In this document: piece by piece, positions 6,209 to 12,645 of the stretch
Layout of the letters: the number at the start of each line of letters is the position of its first letter
Position numbering within the stretch: position 1 is the stretch's first letter
Origin: a virus
Lineage: Duplodnaviria > Heunggongvirae > Uroviricota > Caudoviricetes
IMG/VR virus record: IMGVR_UViG_2778261591_000019
Length of the DNA stretch: 12,645 bases
Direction: 5' to 3' (one strand)
Position numbers and translations under genes: made by a program
The notes under the pieces: generated by a model
Told to the model about the DNA's origin: nothing
The model's input: the letters and a program-made list of their open reading frames with translations, nothing else
The model's database searches: none

Positions 6209-6937
6209 ATGGAAGTTTTCTGGATAGTTGTTGGTGTGGTTGCGGTGATTATTTATGTCCTTCACCAGAACAAGACTAAGATCTCTGATCGCACGGTCGT
6301 TAATCATAACAAAACGATAAAGACCGAAGATGGGGAGATAACGATTAATCGTACACAGGTGATAGAACACACCTCTACTCAGTTTCAAAAAACTGGAGGT
6401 AATGCGCCTAATATTTCCGCACCTCCTGCTTATGATAGTGAGGTAATCCAGACATATTATAAACAGCAGGAGTTAGCAAAAGAGAGGCAACTGATTCAGC
6501 CAAAGCCATTTACAGCAGAGCTTCCACCTGGAGTGTCAACGCGTCCGGCATATCATGGAAGATTCCCTGGTGATGACATATCGTCTCAGTCACCTAAAAA
6601 AGCACCTCAGGCAGTATCAGAGTCAGCAAGAATACCTTCTGTATCGCCGTCAAAAGAAGAATCAGCTAACAGAGTTTCAAGTGGCCGCAAGCAGTGTTTG
6701 CGATGCAGAATAAACCTTCCATATGAAAAATTCCGGAAATCGTCAAAAAATCCAGATGGATTGACTAAGTGGTGTGCAAGGTGTCTCGATGGCCCAAAGA
6801 ATACACGTCATATGAAGTGGTGCCCAATTTGTAATGTCCGCAGAAAACGAACCAGCTTTTATCCTAATAATCAAAATGCGGATGGTTTAATGGCATGGTG
6901 CAAAACGTGCTGGGACGAGCACAAAGCGAAACGATAG
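6209..6937 (+). CDS. Membrane-tethered protein with two tandem C-x2-C-x22-C-x2-C zinc-ribbon motifs (242 aa); function unknown
   Basis: ATG 6209 with GAGG SD. N-terminal TM helix (VFWIVVGVVAVIIYVL), S/P/Q-rich linker, then CLRC-x22-CARC and CPIC-x22-CKTC, each with a conserved P...N.DGL..WC core. Confidence 0.7.
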   Translation: MEVFWIVVGVVAVIIYVLHQNKTKISDRTVVNHNKTIKTEDGEITINRTQVIEHTSTQFQKTGGNAPNISAPPAYDSEVIQTYYKQQELAKERQLIQPKPFTAELPPGVSTRPAYHGRFPGDDISSQSPKKAPQAVSESARIPSVSPSKEESANRVSSGRKQCLRCRINLPYEKFRKSSKNPDGLTKWCARCLDGPKNTRHMKWCPICNVRRKRTSFYPNNQNADGLMAWCKTCWDEHKAKR

Positions 6938-6960
6938 GCCGCTCTTGCGGCCTTTTCTTT
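6937..6960 (+). terminator. Rho-independent terminator after the zinc-ribbon gene (possibly bidirectional)
   Basis: GGCCGC-TCTT-GCGGCC hairpin (6937-6952) plus TTTTCTTT; same stem sequence as the ant terminator at 4197-4212. Confidence 0.6.
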
Positions 6961-7216
6961 ATGTAGTTTGTTTTCGTAATTGTTCGGCACAATAGTCGAG
7001 ATGTGTTTGCAGATCCTGCATAGACATCTGTGAGCTGGTGACGTAGTTAATCAGTGCAGTCAGTTCGGCAAGTGGGCCATCGACATTAAATCCATCCTTA
7101 TCGAGATCCCGGAGTAATTTCATCAAGTGCGATCCCTCCACCAGTGACCTGACGCCTCCCGGCGTGTGAATCCTTTCGGTAAATCCCTCTTCCAGTGGAT
7201 AGTGATACTGCTGCAT
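6959..7216 (-). CDS. Stand-alone antirepressor C-terminal-module protein (85 aa)
   Basis: ATG 7216 with GGAG SD. IHTPGGVRSLVEGSHLMKLLRDLDKDGFNVDGPLAELTALINYV...DLQTHLDY aligns with IHSPSGVLGLTENSLLMNLLNQLQDDGHDVSGAAAELTTMFCYI...DIQTHAEY of both antirepressors, about 45% identity by eye. Confidence 0.7.
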   Translation of the reverse strand: MQQYHYPLEEGFTERIHTPGGVRSLVEGSHLMKLLRDLDKDGFNVDGPLAELTALINYVTSSQMSMQDLQTHLDYCAEQLRKQTT

Positions 7217-7291
7217 CTTATCTTCTCCATGCAATAACTGTATAAATATACAGTAGCAAATAATTTGTTTGCTATCCAGCACGTTTTGCGA

Positions 7292-7308
7292 ATCACCTGA
7301 AAGGTAAT
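7292..7308. promoter_or_regulatory. ATCACC-N5-GGTAAT palindrome in the divergent promoter region between the Ant-C-like gene and the tailspike
   Basis: ATCACCTGAAAGGTAAT read directly; a further half-site TTTAAGGTAAT at 7348-7358. Confidence 0.35.
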
Positions 7309-7411
7309 ATCTGTTCGTATTTATGGGTTATCTATCCATATATGGTTTTTAAGGTAATAGAATAACCGGATATGCGGCGCAACGGGTGCTGCGACTATCT
7401 GGAGATTTAAC

Positions 7412-9406
7412 ATGACGGTCTCAACCGAAGTTGACCACAACGAATATACAGGTAACGGTGTTACAACTACGTTCCCTTATACCTTTAGGATTTTCCAGAA
7501 ATCTGATCTGGTGGTGCAGGTGATTGACCTTGACGAGAATATCACTGTGCTGGCTCTTGATACTGATTACGCAGTCACTGGTGCGGGAGGCTATAGCGGC
7601 GGTAATATAATACTGTCGAAGGCATTGGCCAACGGTTATCAGATCTCTATATCACGAGAGCTCCCGGTTACTCAGGAAACAGATCTGCGTAATCAGGGTA
7701 AATTCTTTGCAGAGGTGCATGAGGATGCGTTTGATAAGCTAACGATGCTGATTCAACAATGTCGTAGCTTGTTTCGTCTTGCACTTTGCAAACCATCAAG
7801 TATTGCAAACTGGTACGACGCTTTAAATAACAGGATTAGAAATCTTAAAGATCCAGAAAGCCCTCAGGATGCAGTAACTTTAAGTTATCTTGAAGGGTAT
7901 ATAGAAGGTGGTGATAGTACTTTGCGTCCAGATATTACAAGAACTGGAGCTGTAGGGAATAATATACAGCAAGCCATAAACTTATCTATAGCCGGTCAAA
8001 CTGTAATTACGATGAAAGATGATGAAATTGTATCTTCATTGTTAAATGAATATGGTGTTGAAATTGAGCAACGCAGGGGGCGTGTATTTAATACAGAAGG
8101 TGTTCAACTAACAACGTATTCTGACCCTCGTTCCCGTTTTGTAACTGGTGACCAATATCTTAATTATGTTATTAGCAAGATGATAAAAGCAGATGGCGTG
8201 GATAAATCACAGAAAACATATATTTTGTGGTCTGGTGACTCCACGATTGTTGGTGTTAACTCTGAATTATGGCCACCAGCAACTATTGCTGATTTTTATG
8301 CAAAAAGGTATGGAATTATTGATGTAAAAAATACATCGTTAGGTCATTCAGGTAAAACTCTATACGAATGGGGTAATTGGTATATTGATCAGGAATGGTC
8401 TGTTTTTTCTGCTGCTGATTTGATTGTTTTACGATGGGGAATTAACGATCCATATTATGGTTATACATTGGATCAAGTAAAAGACGCATTAGATAGAGGT
8501 CTTTCCAAGTTACGAAATAACAAATCAGTTTCCCAGCAATCAATTATTATCATGTCCCCAAACTCAACATCAGACACACCAAACGGACGTGATGAAAAAT
8601 GGTATGAACAGTTAACAGCCGTACTTAGAGCCAAAGCAAAACAATATAAGTGTATGTTTTTTGATACTTACGGTATGTGGCAGGATTCGCGAGGATCTGC
8701 TGGTAACTGGCTTGACGACCCTTATGGCGATGGCAGGGGAATACACCCAAACTCAACATTTAGCGCACAGATACATAAATTATTATTTGAATATATTTAT
8801 GGACCGTGTGCTGTTATAAATGGGAGTAGCAACCTTTTTTCTAACAATGGTTCTTCCATACAATTCATCAATAGCTCATATCCGCCAAATACTTTTCACA
8901 TGGGGACTTCATGGTGGAGAACAAACCCTGATGATGCTTCTTGGCCTCTTGACGGTGTTATTCAGGTTGATAGATTTGTTGACGGAATAGTAGTACAAAA
9001 AAATTATGGTTATTCTTCAGATAATGCTCGCGTTTGCTTAATGAGGATTGGAAGGATTAGTGAGAATACATGGAGTACATGGCGAGGTAATCAGTATGAT
9101 ATGAGTGGCATATTGCAAAATGGTTGGTCTGTAGGTGAGGCAAGAAGTGGAACATATCAGAAATCAGCCGAGGGCGTTGTTACTTTATCTGCTGTTTTAA
9201 CAGGTGGAAATACATCTGTTGGCACAGTTATTATGGTATTGCCAGAAGGGTTTAGACCAAAGAATGATATTTCTTATATTCCATCAGGTACTGATTCATC
9301 GGTTGCCCTCATTAATATACTTTCAAACGGTAAAGTTACAATTCAGAGCTATCCGTCAGGAACAGTTCTTGTAATTAATACGACATTCCCTTCATTAGTT
9401 AATTAG
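7412..9406 (+). CDS. Tailspike/tail fibre with conserved N-terminal particle-binding domain, central SGNH (GDSL-type) esterase domain and C-terminal beta-rich receptor-binding region (664 aa)
   Basis: ATG 7412 with GGAG SD. SGNH blocks: WSGDST (G275-D276-S277), LGHSGKT, WGINDP, GRGIHPN. N-terminal about 120 aa (NEYTGNGVTTTFPYTF...DTDYAVTG) resembles tail-fibre/tailspike anchor domains. Size and domain order fit an O-antigen-deacetylating tailspike. Confidence 0.8.
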   Translation: MTVSTEVDHNEYTGNGVTTTFPYTFRIFQKSDLVVQVIDLDENITVLALDTDYAVTGAGGYSGGNIILSKALANGYQISISRELPVTQETDLRNQGKFFAEVHEDAFDKLTMLIQQCRSLFRLALCKPSSIANWYDALNNRIRNLKDPESPQDAVTLSYLEGYIEGGDSTLRPDITRTGAVGNNIQQAINLSIAGQTVITMKDDEIVSSLLNEYGVEIEQRRGRVFNTEGVQLTTYSDPRSRFVTGDQYLNYVISKMIKADGVDKSQKTYILWSGDSTIVGVNSELWPPATIADFYAKRYGIIDVKNTSLGHSGKTLYEWGNWYIDQEWSVFSAADLIVLRWGINDPYYGYTLDQVKDALDRGLSKLRNNKSVSQQSIIIMSPNSTSDTPNGRDEKWYEQLTAVLRAKAKQYKCMFFDTYGMWQDSRGSAGNWLDDPYGDGRGIHPNSTFSAQIHKLLFEYIYGPCAVINGSSNLFSNNGSSIQFINSSYPPNTFHMGTSWWRTNPDDASWPLDGVIQVDRFVDGIVVQKNYGYSSDNARVCLMRIGRISENTWSTWRGNQYDMSGILQNGWSVGEARSGTYQKSAEGVVTLSAVLTGGNTSVGTVIMVLPEGFRPKNDISYIPSGTDSSVALINILSNGKVTIQSYPSGTVLVINTTFPSLVN

Positions 9407-9414
9407 TTGTTTTT

Positions 9415-9441
9415 AGATTGCGACTAAAAATCGCAATCTAA
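9415..9441. repeat. Perfect 10-bp inverted repeat with 7-nt spacer between tailspike and lysis genes
   Basis: TAGATTGCGA-CTAAAAA-TCGCAATCTA read directly; flanked by T-run upstream and A-run downstream, so it is not a canonical terminator on either strand. Confidence 0.5.
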
Positions 9442-9557
9442 AAAACACAAATGATGATTTTGTTGTTTACTTATAACATAATAATTCATATATGGTTTGG
9501 TTTTGATGGTGTTCTACCAGAAACTGGAGATTTGATGAATGTTAAATGGTGGTTGAT

Positions 9558-9962
9558 ATGTCATTTCAAATAACTAATGATCATGTAAATCAGTATCTTA
9601 CTGTTGGTTCTCTTGCTGCGGTTATTGGTGGGACTCCACCTGAAGTTGCTTTGGGTTCACTTGCCGGAGCTGTGATTTTTGTTACCTCTGCTGTCGAGTA
9701 TCCAATCCGTCGTCGTGTTCTTCTGTCAGTGCTCAGCTTTATTTGCGGCCTTCTCTTTTACAAACCAGCAGCATCAATTCTTATTGGCATAGCCAGCCTG
9801 ATCCCTACCATCACACAGGACTCTTTTGAGAAAGGGATTGTTTTCTCTGCTGGCGCATTCGTGTCAGCAATTGTCGCTGTGCGTATTGGTATCTGGCTCT
9901 ATCACCGTTCCGATAATCCACGCGAATTAATGCCGGGGAGAAAAGACGATGGTAACGCATGA
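9558..9962 (+). CDS. Putative holin (multi-TM small membrane protein), possible dual start
   Basis: First gene of the lysis cluster, with about 3-4 predicted TM segments. ATG 9558 has a GGTGG SD; an in-frame upstream ATG at 9546 gives MVVDM..., a dual-start arrangement like that of lambda S. Confidence 0.55.
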   Translation: MSFQITNDHVNQYLTVGSLAAVIGGTPPEVALGSLAGAVIFVTSAVEYPIRRRVLLSVLSFICGLLFYKPAASILIGIASLIPTITQDSFEKGIVFSAGAFVSAIVAVRIGIWLYHRSDNPRELMPGRKDDGNA

Positions 9963-10257
9963 GCTTTTTTTACTTATCACCAATGCGGTTATTTGTACTG
10001 GCATAGCAATTCGCGTTGTCACTTTCCAGCGTAACGGATCTCAACATCGAAGATGGGGTGGGTGGATTGCTTATTTCCTGATTGTTGCTGCTGCGAGTAT
10101 TCCAGTTCGTGTTGTTTATGCAATCTGGTTACGCACGCCAATGGCTGTGGATTTATCTGAGGTCATTATCAACGCTGTCATGCTTGCTGCGGTTCTTAAA
10201 ACTCGCGGTAACGTCGTTCAGATTTTCAAAATAACGAGGTCTAAATATGGAGATTAA
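9949..10257 (+). CDS. Second small membrane protein of the lysis cassette (holin/antiholin-like, 3 TM, 102 aa)
   Basis: ATG 9949 with GGAG SD; overlaps neighbours at both ends; three hydrophobic segments. Confidence 0.5.
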   Translation: MVTHELFLLITNAVICTGIAIRVVTFQRNGSQHRRWGGWIAYFLIVAAASIPVRVVYAIWLRTPMAVDLSEVIINAVMLAAVLKTRGNVVQIFKITRSKYGD

Positions 10258-10876
10258 ACAATTCCAGCGAGCTGCAGGTATTAGCGAGGCGCTGGCCGCT
10301 CGCTGGTTCTCGCATATAACTTCTGCGATGAAAGAGTTTGGTATCAGCAAACCAGAAGATCAGGCAATGTTTATTGCTCAGGTCGGGCATGAGTCTGGAG
10401 GCTTCACCCGGTTGCAGGAAAATTTCAACTACAGCGTAACCGGATTGGCTAACTTCGTTCGGGCTGGGCGTCTCACTCAGGGGCAGGCTAATGCACTTGG
10501 TCGCCGTGCTGGTGAACCACCATTGCCACTCGAGCGCCAGCGCGCGATCGCAAATCTGGTGTACAGCAAACGCATGGGGAACAATGCCCCTGGTGATGGC
10601 TGGAATTACCGTGGGCGCGGGCTTATCCAGATTACCGGTTTGAATAACTATCGTGACTGTGGAAACGGTCTGAAAGTTGACCTGCTGGAGAATCCTGAAC
10701 TGTTGGCGCAGGACGAATACGCGGCTCGTAGCGCGGCGTGGTTCTTCTCCAGCAAAGGTTGCATGAAGTATACCGGCGATATTGCACGTGTAACTCTGAT
10801 TATCAATGGTGGCAGGAATGGCATCGACGACCGGTGCGCGCGGTACGTCACTGCCAGTAAGGTGCTGGCTGTATGA
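10247..10876 (+). CDS. Endolysin, glycoside hydrolase family 19 (chitinase-like lysozyme) type
   Basis: ATG 10247 with GAGG SD. Motifs [12 protein letters not shown] and [13 protein letters not shown] are typical of GH19-type phage endolysins (from memory). Position between holins and spanins. Confidence 0.8.
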   Translation: MEIKQFQRAAGISEALAARWFSHITSAMKEFGISKPEDQAMFIAQVGHESGGFTRLQENFNYSVTGLANFVRAGRLTQGQANALGRRAGEPPLPLERQRAIANLVYSKRMGNNAPGDGWNYRGRGLIQITGLNNYRDCGNGLKVDLLENPELLAQDEYAARSAAWFFSSKGCMKYTGDIARVTLIINGGRNGIDDRCARYVTASKVLAV

Positions 10877-11355
10877 TCTGGGCATTCGTAAAAGCATACT
10901 GGAAACAGATGCTTATCGTGTTGATGCTTGCTGCTCTGTTCATCGTCGGAGTGGTTGCCTGGAATATACACGGCAGCCGCCAGTACGATGCCGGGTATGC
11001 GCAGGCGGAAGAAGACCGCAAAGACGAAGAAGACAAAGTTCGTCAGTACTACGAACAGGAGAAAGTGACCAATGAACGTGAAGCTCAGCAGAGGATCGAC
11101 CAGGCGCGCAATGATGCTCTTGATGCTGCCGCTCGCGCTGGCCGGTTGCAGCAACAACTCTTTGCCATCCGTGAGTATCTCAGGCAGTATAACGCCATTG
11201 TCGGCGCTGGGACGTCAGCCGCAGACACCGGAGTTTTGCTTGCCGACGTGCTCAGCAAATCTCTCGAGAGAAACAGACAACTGGCAGAGTATGCTGACCG
11301 GGCAGCCGAAGCCGGAAGAGTCTGCGAAAAACAGTACGACACCCTGACCAGATAG
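10873..11355 (+). CDS. i-spanin (Rz-like): N-terminal TM anchor plus periplasmic coiled coil
   Basis: ATGA start/stop overlap with the endolysin (10873-10876). TM helix [18 protein letters not shown] followed by a charged helical region; contains an embedded +1-frame lipoprotein ORF. Confidence 0.65.
   Translation: MIWAFVKAYWKQMLIVLMLAALFIVGVVAWNIHGSRQYDAGYAQAEEDRKDEEDKVRQYYEQEKVTNEREAQQRIDQARNDALDAAARAGRLQQQLFAIREYLRQYNAIVGAGTSAADTGVLLADVLSKSLERNRQLAEYADRAAEAGRVCEKQYDTLTR
11072..11347 (+). CDS. o-spanin (Rz1-like outer-membrane lipoprotein) embedded within the i-spanin gene
   Basis: Signal peptide with lipobox ([26 protein letters not shown]), Pro/Ser-rich mature region; entirely inside the Rz frame, ending 8 nt before it. 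Start could instead be ATG 11111. Confidence 0.55.
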   Translation: MNVKLSRGSTRRAMMLLMLPLALAGCSNNSLPSVSISGSITPLSALGRQPQTPEFCLPTCSANLSRETDNWQSMLTGQPKPEESAKNSTTP

Positions 11356-11510
11356 CATGGCATTTTTCATGGTACTGATTTCCGGTGACGGTATATAAAA
11401 CGGTACCAGAAAAATGAAGTTTTGGAAAAATGTTATCACTCAATTGGTTATGATTGTCGTAAATAATTGAGTGGGAATGATTTTAATCCCTGCACTATGA
11501 ATGAACAAAA

Positions 11511-11538
11511 CCCTCTGTTACTACAGAGGGTTTTTTAT
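11511..11538. terminator. Bidirectional rho-independent terminator after the lysis cassette
   Basis: CCCTCTG-TTACTA-CAGAGGG hairpin (11511-11530) with TTTTTTAT downstream and AAAA upstream; serves the plus-strand lysis operon and the convergent minus-strand gene ending at 11575. Confidence 0.65.
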
Positions 11539-11574
11539 CTTCAAGAATCATAGGCTTGAAGTTACTAACATCGA

Positions 11575-12114
11575 TTAATTAAACCAGCTGTCCGATTTGT
11601 TCTCTTCTGCTTTGCCCACGCTTTTCATCAGATCGCGACCGCCTTCAGTCATATTTCTGTTGGCGTCAGCTTCAGATTGCACCACATCGGTTTGCGCAGC
11701 TTTGTGCTTCAGTTCCTGATCGATAAATTCGTTTTCTCGCTTAACGCGGGCTTCTTCTTTCGCCAGCGCCAGTTTTTGTTTCTGAATCTCTAAGCTGCGT
11801 AGCTCATCTTCATAACTTTGATCGCGTTTTTTGTCCGCAGAGGCTTCGGCGTCCAGTTTATCCTGACGAGCTTTCTTATTTGCTGCTGCCGTTGCCGCTC
11901 TTTTGTTAGCGGCGGCCTGGGCATTTGCGCGACGTTGCTTCTCTTGCTGGATTTCCCTGTTGCGCTCCGCGACCCATTCGTCATGCTGCCTTTGCTCTTC
12001 ATTTTTACCTTGCTGTTCAGCTTCTGCTACAGCAGAGAGTTGATCCTGCAATGATGAGGCGATAGCCGGATAGCTTAAGGAGGCCAAGATGGCGCAAAGA
12101 AAAACTTTCTTCAT
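11575..12114 (-). CDS. Secreted coiled-coil protein (signal peptide; Ala/Lys/Glu/Gln-rich), 179 aa
   Basis: ATG 12114 with strong AGGAGG SD. Signal peptide MKKVFLCAILASLSYPAIA; remainder strongly helical/charged. No family recognised. Confidence 0.6.
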   Translation of the reverse strand: MKKVFLCAILASLSYPAIASSLQDQLSAVAEAEQQGKNEEQRQHDEWVAERNREIQQEKQRRANAQAAANKRAATAAANKKARQDKLDAEASADKKRDQSYEDELRSLEIQKQKLALAKEEARVKRENEFIDQELKHKAAQTDVVQSEADANRNMTEGGRDLMKSVGKAEENKSDSWFN

Positions 12115-12129
12115 GACTCCTCCTGATTA

Positions 12130-12645
12130 TTAGCTCTTTTCAGGACATTTAGTATTTGGCTGAATACGCGTTTCGTTATACGTTGTGGTAATAACAACGG
12201 CTAAACCTGTCGTAAACTGGCACTCTTTACCCACCTGGGTAGAGGTATACACTTTGGTGCCTTCCTTATATGTTAAAGAAACACCTTCCACTAAGGTTTT
12301 ATCATTCACCATAGAACCCGCTGCCGCGCCTACAGCTCCGCCGCCAACTGCCCCTGCCGTCGTTCCGGAATTGCTGCCAGAACCGACGTTGTGGCCGATA
12401 ACACCGCCAGCGACTGCGCCAATAAGCGCGCCGAAGGCTTGTGCGTTCCGTTTATTTTGGGAGTTGTCTACGGCAACTTTTGCGGGAAGAATGGAAATAA
12501 TATTAACGGTTTTAGTTTCTTGTTTGGTATTCAGTTGATCGGTTTGATAAACATCGGCGGCATGATCGTCAGCATTTGACTGGCATCCTGCCAGAGTGAA
12601 TGACGCTAACATTGCCACAGGCAGAAGACATTTTTTAAATTTCAT
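12130..12645 (-). CDS. Outer-membrane lipoprotein with glycine-zipper domain (YcfJ/SlyB/Pcp-like, 17-kDa-antigen family), 171 aa
   Basis: Lipobox LAGC after a signal peptide. GALIGAVAGGVIGHNVGSG...GAVGGGAVGAAAG closely resembles the YcfJ/SlyB glycine-zipper core (from memory). ATG at the window edge (12645). Confidence 0.7.
   Translation of the reverse strand: MKFKKCLLPVAMLASFTLAGCQSNADDHAADVYQTDQLNTKQETKTVNIISILPAKVAVDNSQNKRNAQAFGALIGAVAGGVIGHNVGSGSNSGTTAGAVGGGAVGAAAGSMVNDKTLVEGVSLTYKEGTKVYTSTQVGKECQFTTGLAVVITTTYNETRIQPNTKCPEKS

Noticed and set aside
5960-6388. Minus-strand ORFs 5960-6169 and 6191-6388
   Set aside because: The first lies in the structured intergenic region with no RBS and an implausible composition; the second is antisense to the start of the zinc-ribbon gene. 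A small protein in 5960-6169 cannot be fully excluded.
7412-7760. P22-type tailspike head-binding domain
   Set aside because: The gene sits after an immI module as in P22, but the N-terminal sequence does not resemble the P22 gp9 head-binding domain as I recall it. It matches a different tail-fibre/tailspike anchor family instead, so I did not call it a P22-type tailspike.
10153-11443. Minus-strand ORFs antisense to the lysis genes (10153-10350, 10241-10897, 10648-11157, 10848-11036, 11085-11363, 11215-11439, 11252-11443) and plus-strand ORF 10806-11075
   Set aside because: The plus-strand genes carry clear endolysin and spanin signatures with coupled start/stop overlaps. The antisense frames are long only because the sense strand is GC-rich in the third position; they have no RBS and low-complexity products.
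11414-11470. 18-codon mini-ORF (MKFWKNVITQLVMIVVNN) in the spacer after the spanins
   Set aside because: Too short to support; no convincing RBS; overlaps a 9-bp inverted repeat (11437-11446 with 11465-11473) that is more likely structural.
11790-12579. ORFs 11790-12002, 11818-12054, 12185-12538 and 12391-12579
   Set aside because: Antisense or alternative frames within the two exported-protein genes; the Ala/Pro-rich 12185-12538 product is the mirror of the glycine-zipper coding strand.
1-12645. tRNA, rRNA, CRISPR array, integrase or att site
   Set aside because: No tRNA-like T-arm/anticodon architecture, no regularly spaced direct repeats with unique spacers, and no tyrosine/serine recombinase-like ORF were seen by eye; absence is not proven without tRNAscan or CRISPR-finder type tools.

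Overview
This 12.6-kb window reads as part of a temperate-phage (prophage) genome in an enterobacterial host, running from the end of the virion genes through an immunity-I-like module and an accessory island to the tailspike and lysis cassette. All calls are from reading the sequence and ORF translations by eye; no database search, HMM or numerical GC calculation was run. Left to right: (1) the terminal 330 bp of an IS3-family insertion sequence (OrfA on the minus strand), which has cut off the 5' end of a large phage virion gene (331-1743); (2) a visibly AT-rich island with a single-pass membrane protein and an Mnt-like ribbon-helix-helix repressor, divergent from an Arc-like gene and an antirepressor gene (P22 immI layout: mnt <- | -> arc ant), including a predicted sar-like antisense RNA; (3) an accessory island (about 4170-7410) that I consider the most interesting part: a cassette bracketed by about 255-bp inverted repeats, containing a YafO-like toxin candidate with a small overlapping upstream ORF, then a second Bro-N antirepressor, a membrane-tethered protein with two tandem C-x2-C-x22-C-x2-C zinc ribbons, and a stand-alone copy of the antirepressor C-terminal module, with a recurring ATTACC-N5-GGTAAT palindrome in the promoter regions; (4) a 664-aa tailspike with a conserved N-terminal anchor fused to an AT-rich SGNH-esterase domain; (5) a lysis cassette (two membrane proteins, GH19-type endolysin, i-spanin with embedded o-spanin); (6) after a bidirectional terminator, two exported proteins on the minus strand (YcfJ/SlyB-like glycine-zipper lipoprotein and a secreted coiled-coil protein). 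No tRNA, rRNA, CRISPR array, integrase or att site was recognised.
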